Source: Peptococcia bacterium (GTDB lineage: Bacteria; Bacillota; Peptococcia; DRI-13; DTU073). Taken from it: a stretch of DNA of 64,000 nucleotides. The stretch covers positions 63,141 to 127,140 of the forward strand of contig JBMNJH010000012.1 in assembly GCA_050951565.1 (NCBI GenBank), in the 5' to 3' direction. A model generated the notes under the pieces. That model had not been told where the DNA came from, made no database searches, and was given only the letters and a program-made list of their open reading frames with translations. A program made the position numbers and the translations under genes. Shown one piece after another: positions 62,201 to 64,000 of the stretch. Every line of letters starts with the position of its first letter. Position 1 is the first letter of the stretch.

Positions 62201-62488
62201 AGTGATGAGACCCAGTTGCTGCTTGAAGAGCCATACTATACCATCAAGGTATTTAAGGAAGAAGAGCAGGTTGATGCTTTGGTCTACGATATTGAGCCTG
62301 CCGGTTCCGATGTGGATCATATTTTCACCTATCAGGTTGATGCGATGAGCGAATATCGTCTGGAATTATGGGTAAAGGTGCGTGACCATGAGTTCAAGCT
62401 GGATGATACATCTTTTACCACGGAGCAACCCATTATTGGGCTTGCCACGTTCAGGATTTTAACAAGTCAAAACGAATACGAGCGGTAA
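59228..62488 (+). CDS. giant (at least 1086 aa) N-terminally anchored surface protein: juxtamembrane module, Pro/Glu-rich linker and FN3-like array. It probably continues beyond a frameshift at ~62470
   Basis: aaggagg RBS 9 nt before the TTG. TM helix IVALAVVILAVLVFA. Linker QEEEAPPEIPEREEEEGKAQEEPVEPAESPVLKPEAPEK. FN3-like signatures LENGMTYTAYGTYSY, NLSAGAAYTAVVYADY, LLSSTEYGITILAEV. Confidence 0.75.
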   Translation: MKKIVALAVVILAVLVFAKYYQLQTVGILESNTYAVTDNQITQSLFSDQVPPEKAVLEPTVAESLTPLYELGGNLFLGERKNKLNNAYPLFVNDAVALMNVNNSAKLITEDFERKNTYYGLYVSDGLSFNADKQRADAETFILLELANKLYINARPMEVHTICGDVLIPMNGVVNFQEDAIRYYTLEKGKFHYKEIPRVDEQTWVRFAGKKYPYYDFLIGLGKLKEPSGQARPALQEEEAPPEIPEREEEEGKAQEEPVEPAESPVLKPEAPEKTKASFRKPRLSMTDFRVNSIQRTAETTLSIHDPSGVLTGAIQVIIRDEKGNAQSWTFTNYAEAQKGILQPVAFFDNLENGMTYTAYGTYSYIDADGQKQTEFFGWKTFQVEERLIYFFDLLEIKEEPEPEPEFVPVKPQVSCEPFVASIYDLHSTLTIHERGSLVTGGIRFEVYHDERMYMRKTVSASGELTLGPLPPATEFKIIGYITYLNEYKIKVEEKFFEQTIATLPLDQLEPMSLSFQNGKIFYDRIQIVDLCFVDDPADSNRKIGAGTIPYVAKIAVLIDNNTYGLKPAQISAMQEGGKVEYETPAVLRSNQKYRYRIVCLDRFGNELPLTEPAEGETHTCKAPPKAIIRLTTNEVANTELTVEIENKDHVEAQNYRIALYDINDHLIHTVRRTEGGEDSEASTHHDLPEDGGKITFTNLSAGAAYTAVVYADYDLDNGEGIQENMEIGRIRFTTLSISALGYAIFTTEVTELTDQEATLTISLDKNRTNPQLQFLLDKVTVLITGPDGEEIMTVSLTEEELARFVAGDGEPFQIELENLLSSTEYGITILAEVEQGGEIHDIKTSNSIDGFKTLKTEPEVVISSYFSISNAIELYDVIINDPDGAILSHVNLLVTDSYGRVVGSRILQANTLYETLVFPKLIKNEMYTFTFVATEFNKGYDYTTFETLYELKPVYQIINENKLAGEIGLQSLDEITGDNDHYLAKLRVQISDETQLLLEEPYYTIKVFKEEEQVDALVYDIEPAGSDVDHIFTYQVDAMSEYRLELWVKVRDHEFKLDDTSFTTEQPIIGLATFRILTSQNEYER

Positions 62489-64000
62489 ATTTATTGTGCT
62501 GAATGATATTGATGTGACGTCAGGGCCGCTTCTTGGGTCGGCTGACTCTTTTAACGGGGAGTTGGATTTTCAGGGTTATACGCTGCATAATAGCAAGGGT
62601 ACTTACTTATTTCGCATTTGGGTAAAAACGGGTATCATTAAAAATATGGTACTTGATGTGACGATCCCGTATACTGATCCGATGCGTTACCGGGCTTTAT
62701 TGCTTATGTTTCCAGGGGACGGATGGAGAATATTATGGTGAACGTAAAAGGTTGTACCGAGTTATCTGCATAATGACTGGGGACTTTTTTGTCCATAACA
62801 GTGCGACCGGCGTGATTGAAAACTTTGTGGTCAATCTGGAAAGTCCGCTTTATGTTTGGAGAAATTTGGGTGTGTACGCATATAACAGCGGGATGGTACG
62901 AAACGGTTATGTGTATGGTAGCGATATTGAACTGCCTGATATTGAGGTGGATGGGGGCTATACTGCCTCTAATTTTGGCGGGATTGTGGGCAGAAACGAA
63001 ACAGCCGGACGGGTGGAAAATGTCTTTTCTCTGGTCAATATCCGTACCGGCACACTGGTCACGCCTAGCAAGAACAATTTTGGCATGATTGTGCGGCGTA
63101 ACAATGGGACAGTGAAGGGTGCTTTTACCACGGGAGAGGTCTATTTCGGAGGGGCAAATGACCTGCGCTATGGCCCGGCGGTAGGCCGTCAGGGCGGGAT
63201 GCTGCAGACTGATGCTTACTACATTTCGGAAAGACTCTACCTATACGAATACATATAACGCGAAAGTAAGCAAGGAAACGCTCTATGATCCATTGTGGCA
63301 CAAGGCCGTCCTGGGGGATATGTTTGACACGGAGACACTGGTCTTAATGGGTTATTACCCCCAATTAAAGCTGCCCGATTGTATGCCGGCCCAGCCTTAT
63401 CTGCCCTTGCCGGAGTTAAATGTTGCCGATGCGGTGGATCTGGCCAGCGTAATGGTCGAAGAGCAGTACGAGGATTACGCTATCGCCCGGTTTACCTTTA
63501 ATAACCCCTATGGCTATACGATTAAGAGCGTGGGGGTCGAATACCTCAATGCCACCATTATCCCGGACAGCCAGGAGGATAAAGATGGACTCACCCGTGT
63601 GCTGGTGCGCTTGGATAACCCCACTAAGTTTTATTCCAGCTACAATGTCCTTTATTTCGGATACGGTGTTTCCGCTAGCAGTCCAACGACTTTGCGCCAC
63701 TATCAAAAAGGAGAACGTCTGGTCAATGCAGAGTTTTTTAAGCCAATTCGCACAATTGAAGATTGGGCATCTATAGAGGATAGCTTAGAGCAGAACTATC
63801 GTTTGAAAGAGGATTTGGATTTTAATAATACTCCGCCGCAATTAATCCGCATTGGGGAAAATGATGCTAATCAATTTACCGGCAAACTGGATGGCGGTAT
63901 TTATGACAAAAACATGAAATGTATTGGGATGCATACTATTCGTAATCTTGATTTATCCATTGGCTTAGGAGGAGTGATCACTAATTTAAAAGGTTCGGTT
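62463..64000 (+). pseudogene. GLUG-type repeat (beta-helix-like) surface-protein coding region broken by at least 4 frame changes; 3' end open at the window edge
   Basis: Coding-like translation moves from frame 3 (62463-62741) to frame 2 (62678-62773), frame 1 (62662-63258) and frame 2 (63185-64000, no stop). Motifs: SFNGELDFQGYTLHN, GFIAYVSRGRMENIMV, NFGGIVGRNETAGRVENVF, QFTGKLDGG..HTIRNLDL, GLGGVITNL. Confidence 0.65.

Noticed and set aside
63510-63776. 88-aa + strand ORF listed in the track.
   Set aside because: It is out of frame relative to the much longer, protein-like open frame 2 that covers the same region to the window edge.

Overview
The window looks like an anaerobic Gram-positive (Clostridia-like) chromosome. 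This is inferred from GGAGG-type ribosome-binding sites, a single-chain FGAM synthase, a CooS-like gene and an AmmeMemoRadiSam pair; there was no database search and GC was not computed. From about 0 to 45.3 kb the content is mostly ordinary. It includes gltX plus tRNA-Glu, a dtxR-feoA-feoB operon, thpR, radC, a CDF transporter, a Ca-type P-type ATPase, htpG, a CBS-pyrophosphatase, pyc, copA and purL. Several oddities sit among these genes. One ORF is an in-frame chimera of a truncated CooS and a MerR/TipAS C-terminus. Three paralogous copper-amine-oxidase-N-domain proteins flank an inverted DUF234-type ATPase and precede a 959-aa PQQ-propeller/CARDB protein. A PstS-like lipoprotein carries an RGG-rich insertion of about 115 aa. 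The stand-out region is 45.6 kb to the window end. It is one co-directional, tightly packed operon with several ATGA overlaps. A complete but divergent F1Fo-like ATPase gene set (c, b-delta-like, alpha, gamma, beta, epsilon, 5-TM a-like) lies between giant N-terminally anchored proteins built from FN3-like arrays. These giant proteins have a collagen-like (GXY)18 tract, a (GGX)18 tract or a Pro/Glu-rich linker. The alpha and beta homologues keep their catalytic motifs. The c-subunit homologue has no membrane-embedded carboxylate, and the a-like protein appears to lack the essential Arg. I therefore propose a non-ion-coupled, ATP-driven rotary or mechanical module dedicated to the surface proteins. 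The last gene of the operon (GLUG-type repeats) is broken by at least four frame changes within about 800 bp and runs off the window in an open frame that the ORF track does not list. No CRISPR array, transposase or integrase was seen.
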